Part shown: positions 42,301 through 52,824 of the stretch, in pieces | Layout of the letters: each line of letters begins with the position of its first letter | Numbering within the stretch: position 1 is the first letter of the stretch | Assembly (NCBI GenBank): GCA_963796685.1 | Contig: CAWCMR010000025.1 | Coordinates: forward strand, 480,001-544,000 | Direction of reading: 5' to 3' | Source: an uncultured delta proteobacterium | GTDB taxonomy: Bacteria > Myxococcota_A > Polyangia > Fen-1088 | Length of the DNA: 64,000 nt | The notes under the pieces: model-generated | The model's input: the letters and a program-made list of their open reading frames with translations, nothing else | The model's database searches: none | What the model was told of the DNA's origin: nothing | Position numbers and translations under genes: made by a program

Positions 42301-44730
42301 ATGACAAGCACAAAGACGTCGCATCTTTTGGCTGGAAGCACGCCCAGCAAGCAGCCAATGCCGAGGGGCGTACTCTTGACCGTCGTGGCGTTGGGGGCGC
42401 TGGCCGCAGCATCCTGCAGCAGCGCCACGGTCATCGATCAAGGCCAGGGAGGAGTGAGCGGACAAGGCGGCGGCGGAAAAGCCGGCAACACCTCCGGCAA
42501 CTCCGGCGGCGGCGGGGGCGGCGGGCTCACCTTCAACACCGCCGTGCCCGACGCCAACGCCAACGTGGACCGCCCGGGCGGCGGGACCTGCGGAGACGGC
42601 GTCATCGAACGCAACGAGAGCTGCGACGACGGCAACACCGTCAGCGGTGATGGCTGCAGCCGCATTTGCCAAGTCGAGAGCAACTGGAACTGCCCCCAAG
42701 AAGGACAACCCTGCGAGAACCTCGCCAAGTGTGGCAACGGCATCCTGACCTCCGACGAAACCTGCGACGACGGCAACACCGTCAGCGGCGATGGCTGCTC
42801 GGCCGATTGCCAGACCGTCGAAAAAGGCTGGCAATGCCGCGTGCCTGGCAAGCCGTGCACGCCGAGCTGCGGGGACGGGGTGATTCCCGGGACCGAGACC
42901 TGCGACGACGGCAACACGACCTCGGGCGACGGCTGCTCGGCCACCTGCCACCTCGAGCTCGGTTTCAAGTGCGACAAGGCCGGCGCCCCATGCACCAAGA
43001 CCACCTGCGGTGACGGCAAGAAGGAAGGTGCCGAGAGCTGCGACGACGGCAACACCATGCCCTTCGACGGTTGCTCGGAGGATTGCCAGATCGAGCCGGC
43101 GTGCACGGCCGGGTCGGGATGTACCTCCCAGTGTGGCGACGGCATCGTGCTGGGCGAAGAGTGCGACGACGGCAACGTCGGCAATGGCGACGGCTGCTCC
43201 AGCGACTGCAAGAAGGAGCCAGGCTGGACCTGCACCCAGCCGGACATCGGAGACACCATGAAGGTGCCCGTGGTCTACCGGGATTTCAAGTTCAGCGCGG
43301 ACACGCAGCCAAACGGCAACGATTTCGAGCTCGGCGTCAGTGGTTCGTACGATCCCACTACCGGCATCGTCCAGGCGAGCCTGAGCAGCGACAAGCCGGG
43401 CAAGCCGGTGTTGGCTTCGCCCATTCCCACCAGCGCGCACGTCGCCAGCGCGAGTAGCTTCGCGACGTGGTACACCAACGTCTCCGGCACCAATCATACG
43501 ACTGCGTCCAAGCTGACGCTCTGGAACGATGGCAAGGGCAACTACGTGAACCGCTACGGGGCCGACGGCGCGCAGTGGAACACCACCACTCCGGCCAACT
43601 GGTGCGGCACGGTTGGCGACGAGCTCCTCGATGCGAGCGGGAACCCCATTCCGTGCACCTTCAAGTACCAGGCGGGTGTGGATGGCGGCGGCAACGGGGG
43701 CCAGACCGACTGCCAAAAGTTGGAGGCGCAGGGGTACACCATGCTGGACGGCAGTTGTCACGCGGATCAGGGCACGTACAAGGCCTTGTACATCGTGTCC
43801 AAGCAGGATGGCAATCCGCTGTTCTTCCCGGTGGACGGCGACACCTTCACGCCGGCCTCGGAGCTCACGTTCGCCCAGATTCCCCCCTATTACGACGCCG
43901 GGCATACGTGGCCGCACGACATGGACAAGAACGGCAAGGATATCTTGCACAACTTCAGCTTCACCAGCGAGGTCCGCTACTGGTTCCCGTACGACAAGAG
44001 TAAATCGTACACCCTCGATTTCGTCGGTGACGACGACGTCTGGGTATTCATCAACGGCAAGCTGGCCGTGGACTTGGGGGGTGTGCACACGCCCGTCGAC
44101 GGTAGCATCGCGATCGGCGCGAATGGCAGCGGTTCCACCACGGTGACCTCGTTCGACGCCAACGCCAACCCCAATCCCCCGACCAAGTCGACCGCCACCC
44201 TCGGATTGCAGGACGGCAAGGTGTACGAGATTGCGGTCTTCCAGGCCGAGCGCCAGACGCACGGCTCGTCGTACAAGCTGACCCTGAGCGGGTTCAACGC
44301 CGCGCCCACGAGCTGTATGCCGACCTGTGGCGACGGCGTGGTGGTGGCAGACGAGGAATGCGACTGCGGAACCGACCCCAACAATTTCCCCGCCCGGTGC
44401 ACGGGGCCCAACAGCGACGATACCTATGGCGGCTGCACGACCCAGTGCAAGTGGGGCTCGTACTGCGGCGACGGCATCAAGAACGGCCCCGAAGAGTGCG
44501 ACCAGGGCAAGGCCAACGGCACCGACACCAGCCAAGGTGGGTGCACCATCGGGTGCATGACCACCCACTACTGCGGCGACGGCATCGTCGACACCGATCA
44601 CGGCGAGCAATGCGACCTGGGCGACAAGAACGGACAGACCCTGGACAGCCAGCTGAACCCGTCATCCGATTCCACGGCGCAGATCTACTGCGCCAAAGAC
44701 TGCACGATCCCACCCGGTATCGTGTATTGA
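42301..44730 (+). CDS. Lipoprotein with Myxococcus Cys-rich (DUF4215) repeats and a fibro-slime/PA14 domain
   Basis: Repeated CGDG...E.CDDGN...GDGCS..C; YRDF, HNFSFTSEV, GDDDVWVFING, FQAER, SSYKLTL. Confidence 0.92.
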   Translation: MTSTKTSHLLAGSTPSKQPMPRGVLLTVVALGALAAASCSSATVIDQGQGGVSGQGGGGKAGNTSGNSGGGGGGGLTFNTAVPDANANVDRPGGGTCGDGVIERNESCDDGNTVSGDGCSRICQVESNWNCPQEGQPCENLAKCGNGILTSDETCDDGNTVSGDGCSADCQTVEKGWQCRVPGKPCTPSCGDGVIPGTETCDDGNTTSGDGCSATCHLELGFKCDKAGAPCTKTTCGDGKKEGAESCDDGNTMPFDGCSEDCQIEPACTAGSGCTSQCGDGIVLGEECDDGNVGNGDGCSSDCKKEPGWTCTQPDIGDTMKVPVVYRDFKFSADTQPNGNDFELGVSGSYDPTTGIVQASLSSDKPGKPVLASPIPTSAHVASASSFATWYTNVSGTNHTTASKLTLWNDGKGNYVNRYGADGAQWNTTTPANWCGTVGDELLDASGNPIPCTFKYQAGVDGGGNGGQTDCQKLEAQGYTMLDGSCHADQGTYKALYIVSKQDGNPLFFPVDGDTFTPASELTFAQIPPYYDAGHTWPHDMDKNGKDILHNFSFTSEVRYWFPYDKSKSYTLDFVGDDDVWVFINGKLAVDLGGVHTPVDGSIAIGANGSGSTTVTSFDANANPNPPTKSTATLGLQDGKVYEIAVFQAERQTHGSSYKLTLSGFNAAPTSCMPTCGDGVVVADEECDCGTDPNNFPARCTGPNSDDTYGGCTTQCKWGSYCGDGIKNGPEECDQGKANGTDTSQGGCTIGCMTTHYCGDGIVDTDHGEQCDLGDKNGQTLDSQLNPSSDSTAQIYCAKDCTIPPGIVY

Positions 44731-44751
44731 GAATGCGGGTCTGAAACAGAA

Positions 44752-44774
44752 GGGCGGGTTTGAAAACCCGCCCC
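44752..44774. repeat. Degenerate single REP of the 34528 family between convergent genes
   Basis: GGGCGGGTTTGAAAACCCGCCCC. Confidence 0.6.
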
Positions 44775-44803
44775 GCCGTGGCCCGGCCCCGCGGGGCCCG
44801 CTC

Positions 44804-46000
44804 TTACGGGGCAGAAAGGATGCGCTGCCGCTCGGCGCGGGCGCTCTCGTTGAGCGGCCCGCCCGGGTAACGCGCGATCAGGTCGTCCAGCCTGCGCAAC
44901 GCCAGGTCGTGTTGTCCCTGGCGCTCGGCGTCCAGGGCGGACGTGAAGAGATCGTTTTCCTCCGCCAATCGCGAGATGGGGGCGGGCTGGGCCGGTTTCG
45001 CACTGAGAGCCGGCGCCGCGCCCGGAGCGGGCAGCGACTCGCCGGGTCCAGGGGCTGGCGGGGCAACTGCGGCGGCGGGCGGCGCGAGCGGCGACTCGTT
45101 GGGTTCGAGGATCCGCGAGACCCTGCCGGCTACCCTGACCGCGGTAGGTTTGTGCGTCTCGGATCGAACGGACGCTGACTCTGGACCGGGCACCAACGCA
45201 GGGGCGGCGGTTTCGGCCGCGGATTCCTCCGCCTTGCCCAACTCCAGGCAAGGCGTGGACCAGCTTTCGCCCGGATAGAGCACGACTTGCCTGTCTTCCG
45301 AACGCACCCACACCGCGCCCTCGCTGACGTGCACGCTGGACTGGCTGGTGCTGCCTCGGCACCGCTCCGGCGAGCTTTCCACCGTCACCGTGAACACCGT
45401 TCCGCGCACCTCGACTTCGCTGTCGGGCGTGCTGACCACGAAGCGTTCACCCCGCAGAAGCTTCGTCACGTGCGCATGCAGGCTGCCGTGGAAGAGAGAG
45501 AAGCGTCGCATGGAACCGAGATTGTCGACGCGCAGATTCGCCGAAGAAGAAAGCGTGATGCGGGTTCCGTTGGCGAACCCGAGGATGGCGCTACCATCCT
45601 TGCTGGACCGCACGCTGTCACCCGCGCCGAGGACGCCGAGAACCGGCAAGGGCTGCATGGAGGCCGCACGCACGAGCTGGTTTCCTTGCCCGGTGGTTTG
45701 CTCGACCACCAACTCCAAGCCGGATCCCGGCTTGACTCCGGACAAGCCGCCGCTGCCCATCAGGCGCGGAACCACGAGCGCCAAAGCCGCAGCGGAGAGC
45801 GTCAACGCTGTCCCGATTGCCATGCGCCGACGTCGCGCCTTGGCCGCGATGGCCAGGGCCATGGCGGCGACCACCGCGTCGCGATGCACATCGCCCCGCG
45901 GAGACGGACTCTCCGGCTGCGCTTCCAAGCCTTGTGCGCCCCGCGCTCCGCGCAGCACGCGTGCGGCCAGGCGCGCGTATCGTTCCTCACCCTCAATCAT
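44804..46000 (-). CDS. FecR-domain anti-sigma factor with Pro-rich linker and C-terminal TPR
   Basis: Single TM; FVVSTPDSEVEVRGTVFTV, VHVSEGAVWV; LAEENDLF...YPGGPL. Confidence 0.9.
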   Translation of the reverse strand: MIEGEERYARLAARVLRGARGAQGLEAQPESPSPRGDVHRDAVVAAMALAIAAKARRRRMAIGTALTLSAAALALVVPRLMGSGGLSGVKPGSGLELVVEQTTGQGNQLVRAASMQPLPVLGVLGAGDSVRSSKDGSAILGFANGTRITLSSSANLRVDNLGSMRRFSLFHGSLHAHVTKLLRGERFVVSTPDSEVEVRGTVFTVTVESSPERCRGSTSQSSVHVSEGAVWVRSEDRQVVLYPGESWSTPCLELGKAEESAAETAAPALVPGPESASVRSETHKPTAVRVAGRVSRILEPNESPLAPPAAAVAPPAPGPGESLPAPGAAPALSAKPAQPAPISRLAEENDLFTSALDAERQGQHDLALRRLDDLIARYPGGPLNESARAERQRILSAP

Positions 46001-46629
46001 GACTCGTCCTCCAGTCCGTCGATCCCATTTGCAAGCTCGGGATCGCCTGCAATGCGCTCGTGCAGCTCGCGGCGACCACGCACCAGGCGCGATTGCGCTG
46101 CGGCCACGGTCGCGCCGGTGATGCTTGCCACCTCCTCGAGCGAATAGCCGTGCACGTCATGAAGCAGGAAGGTCCACGCGCGCTCGTGCACCATCTGCGA
46201 AAGATGCTGCATCACGCGTTCGACCATACCGCGCAAGACCGGACGTTGGTGCTCGATTTGAGGCACGTCCTCCGGTGCGAGCTCGCGGGCAAAAATGCTT
46301 CGTTCCAAACCGCGGCGTCGAATGTGCTTGTAGACGGTGTTGGCCGCGATGGTGGAAGCCCAGGTGTCGAGCGAGCACTCCCCGCGGTAGCGATCGAGCG
46401 AGTGCAAGAGCTCGATCATCGCGATCTGAACGAGGTCGTCGAAGTCGCTGTCGGAGGCGCCGAGAAGGCGGTGCACAGCGCGCCCGACCGCCGGGCGCGT
46501 GCGATCGTAGAACGAACCCGCCATGGCGGAATTGCCGCTTCGGACGGCCGCCACCAGCCGTGCATCATCGGGAGGCGCGGCAGAACCCGCCAGGGATTCC
46601 CCACCCTTGACCAACCGCAGCTTTGGCAT
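45997..46629 (-). CDS. ECF RNA polymerase sigma factor
   Basis: DDLVQ...LDRYRGECSLDTW (region 2); LHDVHGYSLEEVA...SRLVRGR (region 4). Confidence 0.93.
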   Translation of the reverse strand: MPKLRLVKGGESLAGSAAPPDDARLVAAVRSGNSAMAGSFYDRTRPAVGRAVHRLLGASDSDFDDLVQIAMIELLHSLDRYRGECSLDTWASTIAANTVYKHIRRRGLERSIFARELAPEDVPQIEHQRPVLRGMVERVMQHLSQMVHERAWTFLLHDVHGYSLEEVASITGATVAAAQSRLVRGRRELHERIAGDPELANGIDGLEDES

Positions 46630-46683
46630 TCTATCGGTCACACCTCCCTTGTACCGCCGCCGGCCCAAAGACAGGCCGGCCCG

Positions 46684-47607
46684 TCATAACGCAAACTCAA
46701 GGCCCAGTGCAAAACCCGGTCGCCAGCGCGAGAAGGTGTGCTGCGTCTGACCCGAATCTTCACCCATGGTCACGCTCAAGGTGCCCGAAGTGGCGCGCAG
46801 GTCCGCTTCGCCGACGATGCGCAGGGTGCGCCAAACCGTGAACCGACCGCCAAGGCTTGGACCCAACACGACGCTCCATTCAGAGGCGCTGCGCGCATAA
46901 TCGGACGTACCCGACGCCGACTCGCGCAGCACGCCCAGCACCAACCCGACGCCCAGCGCGTGACGGCCGCGCGCGGAACGGAGGAAATCCCAGAAGAGGC
47001 CCAGGTCGGCCCCGATGCCGGAATACTGGTCGGCGGATCCGAAGAGCGCCGTGCCCGAGGCCCGCAGGCGGACCGCCTCGGCAAGCCCGAAGGCATAGGT
47101 CAGCGCGGGCCCCATGGCCCAGTTGCCCGACCGCGCGCGCTCGCTGGCGAACATTCCGCCCAGCACCAGGCGCGACGGTGGCTCGGAGCCCGAGGCGGTT
47201 TTGCCCTCGATGGTTGGGGCGGCAGCAAGCGCGGATGCGGGCGACTCTCGAAGTAGCTCGGCCACGACCAGCCCCATCGCTCGACCTCGCTCGGCCGCGC
47301 TGTCTTGCGGGGAAAACGCGAGAGCCCGGCTCTTGCGAAAGCCCACCGCGCCCTCGGCCGAGGCCGGCGAGAACAGCTCGATACTGGCCGTGTTCTTGTC
47401 CTTCCACGCCATGCGAACCACGAAGCGGGCGCGCATGGGCGCCTTGTCGCCCTGCCACATGGACGGCGTGACCAGGGTGTCGGGCGCGATGGCCATGGAC
47501 ACCTCGCCCAGCTCGTGCCGCAGCGAGGCCGTCACGGCGGCGGCAGTGGCGCCACTTGCATCCGCTGGCGGAAGCAACACGAGAAGGAAGAGGCTTGCAA
47601 GCTCCAT
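46684..47607 (-). CDS. Exported, probably outer-membrane beta-barrel, protein co-transcribed with the ECF/FecR pair
   Basis: Signal peptide, amphipathic beta-strands, C-terminal FALGLEFAL. Confidence 0.65.
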   Translation of the reverse strand: MELASLFLLVLLPPADASGATAAAVTASLRHELGEVSMAIAPDTLVTPSMWQGDKAPMRARFVVRMAWKDKNTASIELFSPASAEGAVGFRKSRALAFSPQDSAAERGRAMGLVVAELLRESPASALAAAPTIEGKTASGSEPPSRLVLGGMFASERARSGNWAMGPALTYAFGLAEAVRLRASGTALFGSADQYSGIGADLGLFWDFLRSARGRHALGVGLVLGVLRESASGTSDYARSASEWSVVLGPSLGGRFTVWRTLRIVGEADLRATSGTLSVTMGEDSGQTQHTFSRWRPGFALGLEFAL

Positions 47608-47686
47608 GGTGGGACGTATCGGACCTCTTTAGTCTTGGCGCAACCAGTGACTTTGGCAAGCCCGCTTGGCGCCAAGAGTCGATCCG

Positions 47687-48068
47687 CTAGGTGGATCCGA
47701 AACGCGCGAGGAGGCTGTCGAGGTCGAGGCGCAGCAGGCCCTCGGCGAAGCGAGTGCTGGCACCGGCTTTCTCGGCGTGGGCGGCGGCGGCCTCCTGGGC
47801 GTGGACCAGGGCGGCGTCGTGCCGCTCGCGGTAGGTGGAAAGCTCGACCTCGGGGTCGGGCGTGTGGCGCAGCACGAACGCGGCGACGTCGCCTAGGCTG
47901 GTCAGCGCCTCGTAGGCGGCGCGGATGCGCTTGAAGCCTTCTTGATCCCGGTGGGGCGGGTGCTTGATCAGAAGAGCGAAGTAGGCGCGCTTGATGGCGG
48001 CGAGATCCGAAGGTGGGACAGAGCCCCAGCACCGTGAACGGCGATTCGTCGCTGTCGTTCCAGCTCAT
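47687..48068 (-). CDS. Small J-domain protein (HPP instead of HPD), apparent +1 frameshift near 48010
   Basis: Repair gives SPFTVLGLCPTSDLAAIKRAYFALLIKHPPHRDQEGFKRIRAAYEAL (126 aa). Confidence 0.82.
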
Positions 48069-50087
48069 GGTTTCCTCGGTTCGATGGGCAGGTCAAGCTG
48101 CTCGGCGGGTTGGCGGGCCCGTGGCTTCTTCTGCCTGGGCTTGCGGGGCGTCCGCGGCTTGCTCCGCTTCTTGGTACCGAAGCCCAGCACGAAGCCGGCG
48201 ATCTTCGCCGCCAGCTTGTCGTCGGCGCCGAGCTCGGGCCTGACCTCGGCCGCCCGCGCTTCGCCCGGGTGCAGGACAACGCGTTCGTAGGCACGGGCCA
48301 ACTCGAGCATGAAGCGAAGAGGAGCCTGTGTGCGGTTGCCCCAAATCAGCGTGCGCACCAGGGCCGGGCGGTCGTTTCCATAGTGCCGCACGAGGTGGCG
48401 CTCGATCTCCTGCAGCAACGGCTGCACGGCCGCGGTCTCGCACTCGCGCAGCTCCTCGATGATCTTCGAGCCAGGCGCCGATGTCGGTACGCTGACCGAC
48501 GCAGGCGCGAGCCAGGTCGAAATGCCGCGCGGGCTCTTTGCTGTCGAAGATCGCGAAAGGCAGCAGGCGCACGTTGAAAGGCAACGCGCGCGGTCCCAGT
48601 CGGCGCCACACCTTGAGCCCGTCCGCCGCGATGTAGGGCAGACCGGGATCCGCGACTTGAGCGGCCATCGCCGCGCGTTCGAGGTAGCCGCGATCGGCAG
48701 AATAGGGATTGGCCATCAGGCGCTCGAGGCTCGCATCTTCCGCGTCCAAGATAAGCTGGTCGAGCGGTAGGGCGAGATCGCGCCGAACCTCGTCGGCGGC
48801 GTCCTTCCAGGCCACATCGATCAGATCCACGATGAGGGTGTGCGGCAGGCACCAGACCAGCGCGTCTACCAGCCGAGCCCGGGCCCAGCCTTCGAGACCT
48901 TTGAGGTAGGCCGCCAGCTCGTCGCCGCGCTGGCACGCCTGCCGTGAGACCGAGAGCAGCCAGGCGGGCGCCGGCCTTCGTTCCCGTTCCTCGTCGTGAG
49001 CCGTCGGGCGAAAACTGTGCAAGGCCAGCGCCCGCGCCCACAGGGGAAAGAACTGGCCAGCCGGCAACTCCGACGCGCTGGCGAGCGCCTGCTGGCAGAG
49101 CAGAAGGGCCAGGGACGCAAGCGCCGGGACCTTGGCAAAGTCGGCCACGATCGTCTCGGCGACCGGCGCAAAGGTCGGAATGCGCGCCAGCGCGGCCACG
49201 AGGCCGAGCAAGGCCTCGCGCTCGTCCCGGCTCGCGGATTCCGCTGCCACCTTGCAGACCAGGAATCGGGCCGCGAGCAGGATCTCGTTGGCCGAGTCGG
49301 CGGGATTGGATGCGCCCTGCACCACACGGGCGAGGAGCTGGGCGGCTTCCCCGATGCGATCGCCCTCGGACGCGCGCAGGAGCAGCTCGCGCGTTGCGAG
49401 GCTGGCCGCCAGTCGGCGCACGGACGTCGCGACCTCGGGCGTCACCTTGGCTTGCCAAACGAGCAGGATGTCGCCGGCTTGGCGGAGAGGCCACGCGGCG
49501 AACAGTAGGTGGATGGCATCGGAAACGGCGTCGACGGTCTCCGGCGGCGCGGGCGGCGCTTTCGAAACACGCGCCATGGGCTCGATGCCGAGGCGCGGGT
49601 CGACCACCGCGGGCTCGGGCAACCGGGCGAGATCCAACCCCGCGAGCGCGCCAGCGTCGACCTGGCCCTGGCCAGCCACCCAGGCGGCGACGGCCGCCTG
49701 CAGGGCCGGCGCACGCGCGGCGACCAAGTCGGCCAGCGACAACCACATGCGCTGGGCGCGGACGAAGTCGCGCGCGTGCATGCAGGCCAGCAAGAGCGGC
49801 CAGCGGGCGCGTGCAGCCGCGGCGTCGTCCGCGCCGTGCGTGAGCAAGCGTGGCTCTTGCTCCGCGCGCGCCGCCAGGGTGTGCAGCCGTCCCCAGGCCG
49901 ACTGGCGATGCAGCTCGGGTAGCATGTCCCGGACGAGGAATGCGCTGCGGCCGAGCAGCGGCTCGCGTTCGGCCTTGTCGAGGCCGAAGAGCACGGCCAC
50001 CGCGCCTTCCACATCGCGACGAGCGACGGCCTTGTCGAGCTGCGCTTCCGCTCGCCGCAGGGCCTTGTCCTGGCTGCCGTGCCCCAT
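48065..50087 (-). CDS. Large alpha-helical protein of unknown function, apparent +1 frameshift near 48464
   Basis: ORF 48093..50087 joins ORF 48065..48427 on removing one base (WLEIIEELRECETAAVQPLLQEIER), giving 673 aa whose stop overlaps the J-protein ATG. Confidence 0.7.
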
Positions 50088-50093
50088 CGCTGG

Positions 50094-51843
50094 TCAGGTT
50101 GGCTCGGGGTCGAGCTCGTCCATGCCGCCCTCGTCATGGTCGAGGAACAGATCGAGCATCTCATCTTCGATGGTGGCGCAAGCCTCCTCGTCGCTGGCGG
50201 TTTCCAGCTTGGTCAGCAAGGCCTGCATCTTGGTTCGATCGCCGGGGGCGAGATTGGCGAGCAGGGCGCGCGCCTTGCGCGCCACCGGGCTTTCGGGGCG
50301 ATCGGTGTCGGGCGTGGTCGCTTTCGGCTTGGCCCCCTTGCCGCGCGCCGCCTGGGCCTTCTTGCCGGCGTCGGCGACCTTCAAGGCCACGGTCTTGGCG
50401 TTGTTCTTTCCGGGCTGCGACACCTCGACGCGAATGATGCCGTTGAGGTCGTAGTTGAACTGAAATCTCACCGGCGAGTGCGCGGGCACGTGTGCGAGGT
50501 CGAAGAAGAACGAGCCGACCCGCGTGTTCTGCGAGCACCGCCGCGTCTCGCCCTGGAACACCTCAACCTCGATGCGCTCTTGGCCGTCGTACATCGTGTA
50601 GCAGCTCCTCGGTGCGCTGGCCGGGTAGCACGGTGTTGCGCTTGAGCACGGGGGCGAAGGTGTCCGGCTCCTCGTCGAGCGTATCCTCGTGACCGACCAC
50701 GCGCACCCCCAGCGTGTGCGCCGCCACGTCGACCAGGATGCGTTCGACAGCAGCGCCGCGCAGCAGCCCGGCCTGGACCGAAGCGCCGAGACCGACCGCC
50801 AGATCGGGATCGACGTCCTCGTGAATTTCGGCCCCGAAGGCCTCTTCGAGCATGGCCCGCACGAGCGGGATGCGGGTCGAGCCCCCGACCAGGCACAGAC
50901 GGCTCACCTGATCGGACTCGACCTTGGCGTCCTCGAGTGCCTTGCGCGAAAGCTCGATGGTGCTCCTGAGCAGGGGCTCGATGAGCGCCTCGAATTCCCG
51001 GCGCGTAATCACCAGCTCCAGGTGAATCGGCTTGCCTGCCACACTCGCCAGGAACTCCTCCTTCACGGCGACCTCGGTGGCGAGCGAGAGCTTGATCTTG
51101 GTGTCCTCGGCCAGCCGGCGCAGCTTGGCCATGGCGCGCGGATCGTCACGTGGATCGAGAGCATGCTGGGCCTTCAGGTGATCGAGAAAGACCTGCAAGA
51201 CCCGATCGTCGAAATCGTCACCGCCGAGCGCGGTGTTGCCCGCGGTGCTGCGCACCTCGCGCACGGGGCCGCTCACGTCGAGCACGGAAACGTCGAAGGT
51301 GCCACCCCCGAGGTCGTAGATGACCACCACCTCGGCATCGGCGGAGAGTCGCGCGTCGCCCACCTGGTCGTAGACCAGGGAGGCGCTGGTCGGCTCGTTG
51401 AGCAGGCGCAAGACGTGCAGCCCGGCCAGATCGCCCGCACGCAAAGTGGCGCGCCGCTGGGCATCGTCGAAATAGGCCGGCACGGTCACGATGACGTCGG
51501 AAATGGTCTGTCCGAGCGTCTTCTCCGCACCGCGTTTGAGGGCCGAGAGAATCTCCGCCGAAACCTCCTCGGGCGCAAGCTCGCGACCGTCGATCTCGTA
51601 GCGATGGCTTTGCCCCATCTTGCGCTTGACCGAGCGAACCGTGCGTTCGGGCTCGGACAGCTCGAGGTTGCGGGCTTCCCGGCCGACGCGAAAGGAACCG
51701 GTCTTGTCGAGATGAACCACCGAGGGGACGATCGCGTCGCCATCGATGGCGATGGGCACGGGGCGTCCGTCCTTGAGATAGGAGATGACCGAATTGGTCG
51801 TTCCCAGATCGATTCCCACGTGAAGATCGGATGGCTGTTTCAT
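50094..51843 (-). CDS. Specialised Hsp70-family chaperone, apparent +1 frameshift near 50603
   Basis: [46 protein letters not shown]; continues as [18 protein letters not shown]...FNYDLNGII in the next frame (582 aa repaired). Confidence 0.92.
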
Positions 51844-52391
51844 GTTGACCTCGTACTGACGATGACTTCGCCTTCGCGGACCACTTCGCCCTGGCGCAAC
51901 ACCGCGGCCCGCGACATGCCGACGATGATGCCGGGCAACTGCGCCGCCCGGATCTCTGTTCCCACCACGCGGAAGCGACGTGCGTCGACAGGTTGCCCGA
52001 CCGCCGTATCGCGCTGGAAGCCGGAGCGGACGAGAAAGCTGGTCAGGCGCTCGAGCACCACGTTCAGCCCCCGCGCATATTCGGGGCTCGGGGCAAGTCG
52101 CACGGCCTCATCGAGCGCGTCCATGGCGTCGAAGCAGTCGTCGAAACGCAGACCGCCACCATTCGCCGTTGCAGCCGTCGCCAGCGAAGCGCGCAAATCG
52201 GTAAAGCCCGCCTCGAGCTTGGACTCGATGCCCTCGATCCGCAGGCCCTGGCGCGACTGCGCCCGCGCGACCTTTTGCACGAGCGACGCGAGCGCCGCGA
52301 TGGTGTCCTCGGCAGCGGCGGAGGGGACCTCGCTCTCGATGTCCTCGTCTACAAGCGGACGGCCGCCAAACCATCGCGAGAACCATGACAT
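51840..52391 (-). CDS. GrpE-like nucleotide exchange factor
   Basis: Coiled coil, then GLNVVLERL...VGQPVDARRFRVVG...GEVVREGEVIVS; ATGA overlap with the Hsp70. Confidence 0.8.
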   Translation of the reverse strand: MSWFSRWFGGRPLVDEDIESEVPSAAAEDTIAALASLVQKVARAQSRQGLRIEGIESKLEAGFTDLRASLATAATANGGGLRFDDCFDAMDALDEAVRLAPSPEYARGLNVVLERLTSFLVRSGFQRDTAVGQPVDARRFRVVGTEIRAAQLPGIIVGMSRAAVLRQGEVVREGEVIVSTRST

Positions 52392-52656
52392 CGCGATGAC
52401 CTACCATGGAGCATCCCGATGATTCAACCGCGCCGCTGCGGCCGTAATCCTGCGACAAGCGCAGCGACGTCGCGGGGCGCCGGGCTGAAGGCCCCATTCC
52501 AAGGCTAAGTCCCTCGCCTGGCAGGGCGGCGAAGGGAGGTCGTGGCCGTAGACCTCACCGTGGCCGTGGCCGGACATTTTGGACGCTGCGGCCATTGGAA
52601 AATCAGCCAGACGCTGGCGGCTGGCAGACCAGGGGCTTAGGAGCGGCTTGCGACCA

Positions 52657-52745
52657 CCGACTCCAGAATCCAGGCCAAGTGCCTTGTGGACCTCGATCGC
52701 AGCGCCGATGACACCGCCGGTCAGTTCCTCATGCTCGAGTCCCCT
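52657..52745 (-). pseudogene. GxxExxY-family gene remnant (5' fragment)
   Basis: Translates GLEHEELTGGVIGAAIEVHKALG, followed by a frameshifted PG.LES; preceded by CAGGAAAGCAGGAAG repeats. Confidence 0.7.
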
Positions 52746-52824
52746 CTGCTTGTCCTATTGGGAGTACTGCTTGTTCTCTTTCTTCCTGCTTTCCTGGCTT
52801 CCTTAGCTTAGACGGCGCGGACCT

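Noticed and set aside
52392-52460. Heat-shock control (CIRCE or sigma-32 promoter) upstream of the grpE-like gene
   Set aside because: No TTAGCACTC-N9-GAGTGCTAA. TTGAA...CTCCAT is present but the spacing is too short to call.
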